In this document: in pieces, positions 1 through 7,652 of the stretch
Layout: each line of letters opens with the position of its first letter
Position numbering within the stretch: the stretch's first letter is position 1
Virus genome (UHGV): UHGV-0096888
DNA: 39,635 nt
DNA from: a virus
Strand: one strand, 5' to 3'
The notes under the pieces: model-generated
The model's database searches: none
What the model was told of the DNA's origin: nothing
Seen by the model: the letters and a program-made list of their open reading frames with translations, nothing else
Translations under genes and position numbers: made by a program

Positions 1-556
1 TCGCGGGTGCCTCGTCAGAAAAAACTAAATGCTTATTTTGAATCATGTAGCCGCGCGGCACCTTTCCGGTTATAACTTCGCCATGCTCTACCTTGCTTCG
101 GAAGACATCAGTAACACGGAGGCCGCCATTCTGAGCTTCCAGTTCTGCCCAGGTCATAGACTGGGCCACGAATGCCCGCCCATAAGGCGTGGAGGTGTCA
201 AAATAAGGTTGGTCAATGGCTGTCCAGGCTACGTTGTATTTATCCAATATAACCTGAGTGTTAAGATAATGGCGAAGACTCCTGAACCATCGATCTAATT
301 TCGTAAATATGATGAGATCGACCAGGCCGGCTTTGACATTCCCGATCAGGCGGGTAAAATCATCACGGTCCAGCTTTTGGCCGGAAACGCCGTCGTCGAT
401 ATAGGTATCTTGAAGGATCATGTTCTGGTGATCATCGATATATTTAGTTCCGCGTTCCTTTTGATCGCGGATAGAATCACCACGTTCAGCCTGCTCATCG
501 GAGGATACACGGATGTAGAGGGCTACGCGCTGAAGGGCGGTCTGAGTTTTTGCCAT
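1..556 (-). CDS. int: Large serine recombinase (integrase), N-terminal catalytic part; continues at 39635
   Basis: Translated by hand from ATG at 556: MAKTQTALQRVALYIRVSSDEQAERGDSIRDQ...IDDGVSG...KLDRWFR (resolvase motifs, catalytic Ser in YIRVSS); RBS AAGGAG upstream; no stop before base 1. Confidence 0.93.
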   Translation of the reverse strand, partial: MAKTQTALQRVALYIRVSSDEQAERGDSIRDQKERGTKYIDDHQNMILQDTYIDDGVSGQKLDRDDFTRLIGNVKAGLVDLIIFTKLDRWFRSLRHYLNTQVILDKYNVAWTAIDQPYFDTSTPYGRAFVAQSMTWAELEAQNGGLRVTDVFRSKVEHGEVITGKVPRGYMIQNKHLVFSDEAPA

Positions 557-609
557 AATATCATCTCCTTGGTCTAGTGTATTAATTTTGCGTATAAAAA
601 ATACACCTC

Positions 610-638
610 TTGTCAGGACATTCTGGAAATGATATAAT
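610..638 (+). promoter_or_regulatory. Sigma-A promoter counter-oriented to the integrase leader
   Basis: TTGTCA-17bp-TATAAT with extended TG. Confidence 0.75.
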
Positions 639-644
639 CAATTT

Positions 645-731
645 GCGAGAAAGACATATCTTTCCGGAATGATCCGGCAAGAGAATCTATGTGAAAAGCT
701 CTGGGAGTTGGTAGCTCCTAGGGCTTTTTTC
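645..731 (+). ncRNA. Putative ~85-nt counter-transcribed small RNA upstream of int
   Basis: Strong promoter followed by an ORF-free stretch ending in a hairpin plus T-run; related copy at 37877-38010. Confidence 0.5.
695..731. terminator. Bidirectional intrinsic terminator
   Basis: AAAAGCTCTGGGAG-loop-CTCCTAGGGCTTTTTT. Confidence 0.75.
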
Positions 732-733
732 GT

Positions 734-1249
734 CTATTCAAATAAATCTGAAAAATCTACCTTGACTTCATCAAATGAATTGTTCTCATATTCGGGAATC
801 CAAAACGATTTTATATTTGCAAAATCTTGATACCTTAAAGCGCTATTAGTATCGATTTTTTTTGCGTATTTTACATCTTCAATAGTAATTCCAAACATTG
901 GAAGAATATCGTCCTTTGACTCAAATGTAAAGGGGGCCCCATCGGTGTGATTATATGAATCAGCATGTATTGAAATACGCTGAACTTTATCGCTATTTAG
1001 CATAAATTCAAATTCATTATTGTTATAAAAACAGGAGACTATAGGAGAATAAAGATTTCCTACTTCATAATTCCATTCCTCACGTGATTCTGGTTCTCCC
1101 ATTTTTTCAATAAGTTCTGCTTCGGATATGCCGCAGAACTGTTGAACATCCAATATAATCTCAACATTTTTTTCGGGTTCAGACTCTTTTGAAGAACAGC
1201 CACATACAAGCCCTACAATAATTAAGACAGACAATATTACTTTTTTCAT
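734..1249 (-). CDS. Lipoprotein in lysogeny module (possible superinfection exclusion)
   Basis: MKKVILSVLIIVGLVCGC signal peptide/lipobox; RBS AAGGAGG; position between int and repressor. Confidence 0.75.
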   Translation of the reverse strand: MKKVILSVLIIVGLVCGCSSKESEPEKNVEIILDVQQFCGISEAELIEKMGEPESREEWNYEVGNLYSPIVSCFYNNNEFEFMLNSDKVQRISIHADSYNHTDGAPFTFESKDDILPMFGITIEDVKYAKKIDTNSALRYQDFANIKSFWIPEYENNSFDEVKVDFSDLFE

Positions 1250-1307
1250 ACTTTCTTCCTCTTTTATTTTCGACGTATTAAAGGCGACAGCCCACATTTT
1301 AATATTT

Positions 1308-1997
1308 TTATCTCAGAACATAATTCTGTAACCGCTCAGGAAAATATCTCTCAAGCATATCGTGATACTCTGCCCATGTGGCGTGTTTTTCTTTAGGCTC
1401 TTTCTGTTCAATGATAGGCTTGGGTTTCGGCACCGTCATTTCCGGTATAACAACAGGAAAAAAACAGTTATGTATATCCTGATTTATTTCTTTGCACTCA
1501 CTTAAGTGGCACATTTTATAATCTTCGTATATTCGATTCGCTGCCATGCAGGATACTCCATATGTATGACAGATACCTCTGATACTGTCTGATCGCATAT
1601 GCCAGATGGTTGCACGAGGCACGAGAATATTACTGGCGAAATAATCGGCGAGATCCTCAAATGATTTATCCGTTGAAGGAAGACTCATTATAAAATGTCC
1701 GAGTTCATGCATTAATGAAAACCGTATACGTTCATTTGAGCTTTTTTCATTGTATGCAATGATTTTTTCGTAAGTAAAAGCGTCTTCTGTACAACTCTGG
1801 CATAAAGTATATAACTCAAAGTTAATCTCCTTTAACTCTGAATAACTCAAAACCTTAAAACCATAATGCCTAAGTATAGAAAAACAATCAATTGGAAAAG
1901 CAGTTATATTGCATTCCTTGTAGACAGTTAATACATAACTTAGCAATCGGTTAAGTCCAGCTCTATTAAAATCGGTGCAGCATAAATAATTTCTCAA
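1308..1997 (-). CDS. ImmA/IrrE-family metallopeptidase (anti-repressor protease)
   Basis: RIRFSLMHELGH zinc motif followed by E..ADYFASNILVP; adjacent to XRE repressor. Confidence 0.9.
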   Translation of the reverse strand: MRNYLCCTDFNRAGLNRLLSYVLTVYKECNITAFPIDCFSILRHYGFKVLSYSELKEINFELYTLCQSCTEDAFTYEKIIAYNEKSSNERIRFSLMHELGHFIMSLPSTDKSFEDLADYFASNILVPRATIWHMRSDSIRGICHTYGVSCMAANRIYEDYKMCHLSECKEINQDIHNCFFPVVIPEMTVPKPKPIIEQKEPKEKHATWAEYHDMLERYFPERLQNYVLR

Positions 1998-2002
1998 TAA
2001 AA

Positions 2003-2338
2003 TCAGTCCTCAAATTCAATTTCGGACAGGAGCTGTATCAGGCGCATTTTCTGTTCAACAGACATTTTCTTTCCATTTCTGGCTACGAGTTTTTCTACAT
2101 CAGCATAGGTGGGCTGAGGAACTGCTTTGGAGCCATCATTTGCCATTGCTTCGAGCTCGTCGGTACTAATTCCTAACGCATCGCAGATTTTGCAAACATT
2201 TACATAACTTGTTTTTTCAATACCATTTTCTAGCATAGATTTAATGGTTGAATAAGCAATACCTGTAATCCGTACTAAATCAGCAACTTTCATGTTTTTT
2301 TCTTCCATAATATTTCGTAAAATCTGTGCTCTCTCCAT
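2003..2338 (-). CDS. XRE-family HTH immunity repressor (CI/ImmR-like, no autopeptidase domain)
   Basis: HTH: MKVADLVRITGIAYSTIKSMLENG...KICDALGIS; ATG 2338 preceded by GAGGTGAT; divergent from cro. Confidence 0.85.
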   Translation of the reverse strand: MERAQILRNIMEEKNMKVADLVRITGIAYSTIKSMLENGIEKTSYVNVCKICDALGISTDELEAMANDGSKAVPQPTYADVEKLVARNGKKMSVEQKMRLIQLLSEIEFED

Positions 2339-2392
2339 ATGATCACCTCTAGTTTGATAATACACTATTTTTTGCAATATGTAAATAATAAA

Positions 2393-2471
2393 TTGCGAAA
2401 TACTGCAAAAAGTTATTGACAATTGCGATATAATGCAATATAGTATATTTATAAATTGCGGTATATCGCAA
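2393..2471. promoter_or_regulatory. Three palindromic operators TTGCG-N7-GCAA of the genetic switch
   Basis: TTGCGAAATACTGCAA (2393), TTGCGATATAATGCAA (2423), TTGCGGTATATCGCAA (2456). Confidence 0.8.
2416..2444 (+). promoter_or_regulatory. Early lytic promoter (PR-like)
   Basis: TTGACA-17bp-TATAGT; the spacer is the middle operator. Confidence 0.8.
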
Positions 2472-2497
2472 AACCAGAAAGAGGGTGAATAAAAACT

Positions 2498-2713
2498 GTG
2501 AAAATTAACTGCAAGAACTTAGAAGCAGAAATGAAAAGGTATGGCATATCCAGGAAAGAAATAGCCGAAACGCTTGATTTGTCTTACAGCACAATTCATA
2601 CAAGGTTTAATGGAACAACACAATGGCTTTATGAGGAATGTGTGCGAATCCAGCAAACATACTTTCCTGATTCAGAACTTAAGGACCTTTTCACGGTTGA
2701 AAATGATGCCTAA
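2498..2713 (+). CDS. Cro-like HTH regulator
   Basis: NLEAEMKRYGISRKEIAETLDLSYSTIHTRFNG HTH; first gene of the rightward operon. Confidence 0.85.
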   Translation: MKINCKNLEAEMKRYGISRKEIAETLDLSYSTIHTRFNGTTQWLYEECVRIQQTYFPDSELKDLFTVENDA

Positions 2714-2715
2714 AA

Positions 2716-2729
2716 CAAACTTATGTTCG
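2716..2729. promoter_or_regulatory. Putative LexA (SOS/Cheo) box
   Basis: Minus strand reads CGAACATAAGTTTG, one mismatch to CGAAC-N4-GTTCG. Confidence 0.6.
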
Positions 2730-2737
2730 ATATGGCA

Positions 2738-2766
2738 AATATACCACTATCGAACATGCATGTCAA
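2738..2766 (-). promoter_or_regulatory. Leftward promoter antisense to cro
   Basis: Minus strand TTGACA-17bp-TATATT with extended TG. Confidence 0.65.
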
Positions 2767-2835
2767 TGGAAAATGAAGGACAACGCAAGAAGTACAACCA
2801 GTCATACATACAATTTATCAGAGAGGGGTGGTGAT

Positions 2836-2985
2836 ATGAAAGATACTGTAATCGCAGTAAATAGCCTTAACGTGGAAAAGGCATTTGAAGCCCTTGCAAG
2901 AATTTTGACTGCACGAGGAGAAGCAACAGTGACTGTAAAGTCTATTAAAAAGAAAGACGAGGTACAGAAAGATGAAACCGCTTAA
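2836..2985 (+). CDS. Small hypothetical protein (49 aa)
   Basis: ATG after GGGGTGGTGAT RBS; MKDTVIAVNSLNVEKAFEALARIL. Confidence 0.65.
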   Translation: MKDTVIAVNSLNVEKAFEALARILTARGEATVTVKSIKKKDEVQKDETA

Positions 2986-3024
2986 TAGCGGTACCGATGG
3001 ACAAGCAGTGGGAGGTGATTCAGA

Positions 3025-3177
3025 ATGCAGAAATACATTGACAACCTCGACGACTTCGAGGACGACAGCCGATCTCGCCTGCTGGAAGTAACGGAGCGGT
3101 GGCTGATGCCGGCGGTTATCTTTGTGGCCGGGGTGATTATCATTTTAGCAGTTTGCGCTTCACTGGAAGCGTTGTAA
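3025..3177 (+). CDS. Small membrane protein (50 aa), not in ORF track
   Basis: RBS GGAGGTGA; MQKYIDNLDDFEDDSRSRLLEVTERWLMPAVIFVAGVIIILAVCASLEAL with one TM helix. Confidence 0.7.
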   Translation: MQKYIDNLDDFEDDSRSRLLEVTERWLMPAVIFVAGVIIILAVCASLEAL

Positions 3178-3201
3178 GCGTTGTGAGAGAGGAGAAAGGC
3201 A

Positions 3202-3510
3202 GTGAAGAGAGTTAATGCCGAAGAAACATATTTTGACAGCATGAACGATATAGTTATCGTCCTGTGCTGCAAGGAGGATATCGCTGAAGAAGGGCCTGAG
3301 CACATTGTGTTGGAGCCGGTATGGAAAAAATACGAACCGGACGACAGCCCTGTAGAATATCTGACGCTGGCGGATATTTCAGAGCAGTTTCAGGGACGCT
3401 GTTGTCTCATGGTGATAGCGGAAACTCCTTTGAGTGGACATATATATCGCTATGATAACTATGGTGAAAAGGAATGGCTGGAAGTTGGGACAACTGGTGG
3501 TTACGCATAG
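3202..3510 (+). CDS. Hypothetical phage protein
   Basis: GTG start with purine-rich RBS; operon context. Confidence 0.7.
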   Translation: MKRVNAEETYFDSMNDIVIVLCCKEDIAEEGPEHIVLEPVWKKYEPDDSPVEYLTLADISEQFQGRCCLMVIAETPLSGHIYRYDNYGEKEWLEVGTTGGYA

Positions 3511-3528
3511 GGCTGGGGAGGTGAGAGA

Positions 3529-3747
3529 ATGAGTAAAAAGAAGGAAGATCTGGGGGCGATCACGGACCTGCTCTATGAATGGTGCGTGGAGTACGGTGAG
3601 CCGTATATAGACGTGTGGGTGCATCATGAACAGGGATGTAATCTAGTCAATGGATTTCTTGACAGAGAGAGTCCGGATTATGACAAGATCCGTATCTACA
3701 AAAAATACGAAACCCCAGCTGCGGGAACAGCCGGGGAATCAAGGTAA
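3529..3747 (+). CDS. Hypothetical phage protein
   Basis: RBS GGAGGTGA; operon context. Confidence 0.7.
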   Translation: MSKKKEDLGAITDLLYEWCVEYGEPYIDVWVHHEQGCNLVNGFLDRESPDYDKIRIYKKYETPAAGTAGESR

Positions 3748-3798
3748 CTACTAACAATTTTACACCCTCATTATAACAGAGGGAGAAACGGAGTGCAA
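3700..3798 (-). ncRNA. Putative antisense small RNA unit (promoter plus terminator)
   Basis: Minus strand TTGCAC-17bp-TATAAT (3798-3770), then hairpin CCCCGGCTG/CAGCTGGGG followed by a T-rich tail. Confidence 0.5.
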
Positions 3799-3799
3799 G

Positions 3800-4168
3800 A
3801 TGGTAAAAAATGAATTAATGAAACGCGCAGAGGCTACGCTGGGAAGAGTCAACCGTTTAAAGGACGGAATTGACTTGTGCGAGACTGCTACAAAGATGCT
3901 TGCAGAGCAGCCGGCGATTATCATTAGTGGTGATTATGGCAGCATTGCACTGAATATTGACGAGATCGGATTCAGCCAGGAGACTATGGCTGAGTGCGTG
4001 AAATGTATATCTGAAAAAATACTGGTGAGGCGGGATATGATGGCCGAGGCACTGATTGAGGTACTGGAGGCGATTGACGAGGCATTGCCGCCGGAGCCTG
4101 TGAACTGTAAACAGCCGGTACCGCAAAGACATTATGGGGCGATCAGCCCAGACGAAGTAGATTGGTAA
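3800..4168 (+). CDS. Hypothetical phage protein
   Basis: ORF with GGAG RBS in the early operon. Confidence 0.7.
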   Translation: MVKNELMKRAEATLGRVNRLKDGIDLCETATKMLAEQPAIIISGDYGSIALNIDEIGFSQETMAECVKCISEKILVRRDMMAEALIEVLEAIDEALPPEPVNCKQPVPQRHYGAISPDEVDW

Positions 4169-4181
4169 GGAGGATTACGAG

Positions 4182-4676
4182 ATGAGATTATACGAATTAT
4201 CAGAGCAGTACGAGATTTTGGAGCAGATGCTTTATGATGGCGAAACGGATGAGCAGACAATCCGAGATACCATGGAAGCTATTTTCGGGGAGTTCGAGGA
4301 TAAGGCAGAATCCTATGCGATTATTATTACTGGCATGAAAGCTGACATTGAGGCGTTAAAGTCGGAAGAATCCCGCCTGAATGCCCGGAGGACAAGTCTG
4401 GAAAACCGCCAGAAGGCTTTGAAGACAACGCTCATGGAGAACATGAAGGCTATAGGAAAGACGAAGATTAAGACACCCCTCTTTACGATCAGCGTGGCAA
4501 AGAACGGCGGTCAGGAACCACTGGTCATTGACGGAGCCATTGACGATATCCCGGGCCGCTTCCTGATTCCGCAGCCACCGAAGGTAAACGGAGATGCGGT
4601 CCGCGCCTTATTATCCGAGCGCCAGGTAGACTGGGCGCATCTGGAACCGCGTGGGGAGCATCTGGGGATCCGCTGA
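4182..4676 (+). CDS. Siphovirus Gp157-family protein
   Basis: MRLYELSEQY...EDKAESYAIII...KIKTPLFTISVAKN...GEHLGIR pattern. Confidence 0.85.
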   Translation: MRLYELSEQYEILEQMLYDGETDEQTIRDTMEAIFGEFEDKAESYAIIITGMKADIEALKSEESRLNARRTSLENRQKALKTTLMENMKAIGKTKIKTPLFTISVAKNGGQEPLVIDGAIDDIPGRFLIPQPPKVNGDAVRALLSERQVDWAHLEPRGEHLGIR

Positions 4677-4942
4677 TGGGCGGCGGGGATATGACTCCGT
4701 TCCGTATGCAGGTATTGATGGATGTTGCAGCACGGGTTGTAAAACTCATGGTTACAGGCGTGTGGCATCTGTCTTTCGAGGAAATGGATATGGTACTTGC
4801 ATTGGTACGGCACGGAATAGATGAGAGCAATGAGAGAAACAGGAAAGGGGATTGTGAAGATGTTCTTAAAAACAGGAGAATTGAAGAAGATCATGAAGGC
4901 CAGTTTGAAGAAGCACGGCCTGATCGTAGGGAATGTGAATGA
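4676..4942 (+). CDS. Hypothetical protein
   Basis: Start overlaps upstream stop (TGATG); 3' end overlaps next gene. Confidence 0.5.
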   Translation: MGGGDMTPFRMQVLMDVAARVVKLMVTGVWHLSFEEMDMVLALVRHGIDESNERNRKGDCEDVLKNRRIEEDHEGQFEEARPDRRECE

Positions 4943-5534
4943 CCATTATCTGGTTTATTCCGATAACTGGGGGCTGTATATTGAAATACCGTACGCATCG
5001 AATAAGTTCAAGGCTGCAATCATGGAGCTGATCGGAGATCTGCCGGAAGCAGGAGAATGCTATCTTTTTAAGATTAATCCAGATGGAGATACGGAACCGG
5101 AGACTGTATTCGATTATCCGGATCCGTATGAGCAGTGGAAAGCAGCAAAAGATTTTGCCGTAGTGGCGCCGGTAATGCTGTTTGCCTGGCCTCATGAGTA
5201 TATCGTATGCCAGAAGCACAGCGATTTGAGATTCGTGGTTGCGGATCGGTCCCTGTCAGACCGGGTGATATCGCGGAGCGAACTGGATACAACCGTGGAG
5301 GTGATGCCAACCAGGCCGAGTTTTCTTGCCGGCGTGCTCTATTGGAAGAATGAAACGACAATCTATTGGGTACATACGGAATCACCAGGGAATAAGGCAC
5401 TGGAAGTGTTGTTTCCACGTCTGAACGGCATCAGCTTTTTTGAGGATGACTGGATTGCGGATAATGCAGGTCAGGAAGATGAGGAACCGGCAGACGGGAG
5501 AGAGGAAGCAGCGGAAGATTCGCTGCCATATTAA
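4860..5534 (+). CDS. Hypothetical phage protein
   Basis: Long ORF; likely ATG at 4860 (MFLKTGELKK); acidic C-terminal tail. Confidence 0.75.
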   Translation: MFLKTGELKKIMKASLKKHGLIVGNVNDHYLVYSDNWGLYIEIPYASNKFKAAIMELIGDLPEAGECYLFKINPDGDTEPETVFDYPDPYEQWKAAKDFAVVAPVMLFAWPHEYIVCQKHSDLRFVVADRSLSDRVISRSELDTTVEVMPTRPSFLAGVLYWKNETTIYWVHTESPGNKALEVLFPRLNGISFFEDDWIADNAGQEDEEPADGREEAAEDSLPY

Positions 5535-5544
5535 GGAGGAAGCC

Positions 5545-6204
5545 ATGGCAGTGCCAGTATTAATTATAGGCCGGAGCGGGGCCGGTAAAAGTGCAAGTAT
5601 GAGAAATTGCGTGGGTAAGGATTTTGCCCTAATCAATGTCCTGAAAAAGCCGCTCCCATTTAAGGGGAAGATCCCGGCAGTCCAATCCGATGACTACAAT
5701 AAGATTATGACAGCGCTTAAAGGCTGTCAGCAGAAATCAGTGGTAATTGACGATGCCGGATATCTTATTACGAATCAGTTCATGCGGGGCCACAGTAACG
5801 CTGGAAAAGGGAATGGCGTATTCTCCCTTTACAATGATCTGGGAGACCGGTTCTGGAGTCTGATTCAGTTCGTGGTAACTATGCGGGAAGACCAGATCGT
5901 GTACTTTATGATGCACGAAGATAAGGACGACAGCGGCGATGTTAAACCGAAGACCATCGGGAAACTGCTGGATGAGAAAGTATGTGTGGAAGGAATGTTT
6001 ACGATTGTGCTGCGGTGTGTGTTAGATGGCGAGGATCACCGGTTTATTACCCAGTCGGCAAATGGCGCGGTCAGTAAGTCTCCAATGGGGATGTTCCAGG
6101 CGCTTGAGATTGATAACGATCTTTTAATGGTAGACAACACAATCAGAGAATATTACGGGATTCAGAACCCGAAGAACTTAGAGGAGGATAAGAAAAATGA
6201 TTAA
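5545..6204 (+). CDS. AAA-family ATPase (AAA_24/Sak4-like recombination protein)
   Basis: Walker A GRSGAGKS, Walker B VVIDD; RBS AAGGAGG; lies between Gp157 and the SSB-like gene. Confidence 0.85.
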   Translation: MAVPVLIIGRSGAGKSASMRNCVGKDFALINVLKKPLPFKGKIPAVQSDDYNKIMTALKGCQQKSVVIDDAGYLITNQFMRGHSNAGKGNGVFSLYNDLGDRFWSLIQFVVTMREDQIVYFMMHEDKDDSGDVKPKTIGKLLDEKVCVEGMFTIVLRCVLDGEDHRFITQSANGAVSKSPMGMFQALEIDNDLLMVDNTIREYYGIQNPKNLEEDKKND

Positions 6205-6832
6205 GAAACCACAGGGATATGATGAGGCGGCAGCTTATACGGGCGAATTTCAGGCCCTTCCAAAAGGAAAATATGTTTGTAAAATTCGTCAGGTTGCCGA
6301 AGTGACGGATACAGATAAGAGCGGGCATGAGTGGAGAAAGTTTGTAATTCTGTACGATATTGCGGAAGGAGAGTATGCAGACTTTTATGATAAGCAGTTT
6401 AAAGCAGAAAAAGAAACGAATCCAAAAGCCAAATGGAGAGGTGTCTTTAAACAGAACATGGATGATAAGGGAACGCCATGGCTCAAGGGTGTTGTTACTG
6501 CCATTGAGAGGTCTAACAATTTCACTTTCCAGTGGGATAAGGAAGACAATGAGAAAACGCTTGTCAATAAAAAATTCGGTGGTATTTTCCGCCGCCGGCA
6601 GTACGAAAAGGATAATGGAGAGCGCGCAATGACGACGGAGCTGTGGCGAATCCGCAGCGTTGCCGGCCTGGCAGAAGCGGAAGTGCCGGAAGATGAGCTG
6701 CTGCCAGTGACAGGAGCCGGAGGCGGTAGACCAAATCCGGCAGATGCCGCGGCGCCCCCTTCTTTTATGGACAGTGACGGTTTTGTGAATATCCCGGAAG
6801 GAACCGGAGAGGAAGGGATCCCTTTCATGTAA
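6197..6832 (+). CDS. Phage single-stranded DNA-binding-like protein (DUF669-like)
   Basis: LPKGKYVCKI N-terminal motif, acidic tail ending EEGIPFM; follows Sak4-like ATPase. Confidence 0.7.
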   Translation: MIKKPQGYDEAAAYTGEFQALPKGKYVCKIRQVAEVTDTDKSGHEWRKFVILYDIAEGEYADFYDKQFKAEKETNPKAKWRGVFKQNMDDKGTPWLKGVVTAIERSNNFTFQWDKEDNEKTLVNKKFGGIFRRRQYEKDNGERAMTTELWRIRSVAGLAEAEVPEDELLPVTGAGGGRPNPADAAAPPSFMDSDGFVNIPEGTGEEGIPFM

Positions 6833-7041
6833 GGCCGGAAGTTCCGTTATTAATCCCAGGGTATCGTTCAGGACTCATCCGGAGAGGGTTTCCGGATCCG
6901 GATGAGTTTGATATGCGTCTGATTGATAATTCCGACATAGGAAGCCTGCAGGGCGGAATCCATTGTGCTGATGATATAGGACAGAACGGCTGGATGTTTG
7001 CAATGGAGGGACTTCTCGGTCATACGAGGTTTGAAGATTAA
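6826..7041 (+). CDS. 71-codon open frame, possible -1 frameshift extension of the SSB-like protein (or a 42-aa ORF from ATG ~6913)
   Basis: Open frame HVRPEVPLLIPGYRSG...GHTRFED whose TAA overlaps the next ATG (TAATG); slippery C CCT TTC at 6820-6826. Confidence 0.45.
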   Translation, partial: HVRPEVPLLIPGYRSGLIRRGFPDPDEFDMRLIDNSDIGSLQGGIHCADDIGQNGWMFAMEGLLGHTRFED

Positions 7042-7652
7042 TGATAATGAAAGGTTATAATCCGGATCTGTTCCGGAAGGTAAAGAAAGCGGTCTCCATG
7101 CAGCAAGTGGCGGAGTATTATGGCCTGCAGCTTAATCGGAAGGGGCTGTGTCAGTGCCCCTTCCATCAGGATAAGAATCCGAGCCTTAAAATATATCCGG
7201 ACGGAAAGGGATTTTACTGCTTTACGTGTGGAACTGGTGGTGACCAAATCAAGTTTGTAGCGTTGTACCATGATACGAGCAACTATGAAGCCGCGAAAGA
7301 ACTGGCTGCCGCTTTTGATATTCCTCTGGCGGAGCCGGTGACATACCGGGAGAAGCGGGAAGCGGAGCTGGCACGCCGGAGGAGAGCGGCTGTGGCTGCA
7401 TTTAAGAAGCGGGCCATAATGTATGTGAAAATGTACTGGATCCTGCTGTGTGAGGCGATCCATGAGCGAAATGAGCATTTTACAGAGGCACTGCAGAACA
7501 TTACGTATATTGAGTATCTGCTGCAGAACCTGGAGGAGTGTCCGGAAGAGGTTTATGAAGACAAGAAGGCGGTGAGAAGGATTGGAGAAATCGAAGGACG
7601 AATTGCTGACTGGTATATCCGCATTGAAGCCGACGGAACCATTTCCAGATGA
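7041..7652 (+). CDS. CHC2 zinc-finger (primase zinc-binding domain) protein
   Basis: CPFHQDKNPS...FYCFTCGTGGD motif. Confidence 0.9.
   Translation: MIMKGYNPDLFRKVKKAVSMQQVAEYYGLQLNRKGLCQCPFHQDKNPSLKIYPDGKGFYCFTCGTGGDQIKFVALYHDTSNYEAAKELAAAFDIPLAEPVTYREKREAELARRRRAAVAAFKKRAIMYVKMYWILLCEAIHERNEHFTEALQNITYIEYLLQNLEECPEEVYEDKKAVRRIGEIEGRIADWYIRIEADGTISR

Noticed and set aside
29..577. Two + strand ORFs (29-298, 377-577)
   Set aside because: Antisense to the integrase N-terminus, which has clear catalytic motifs
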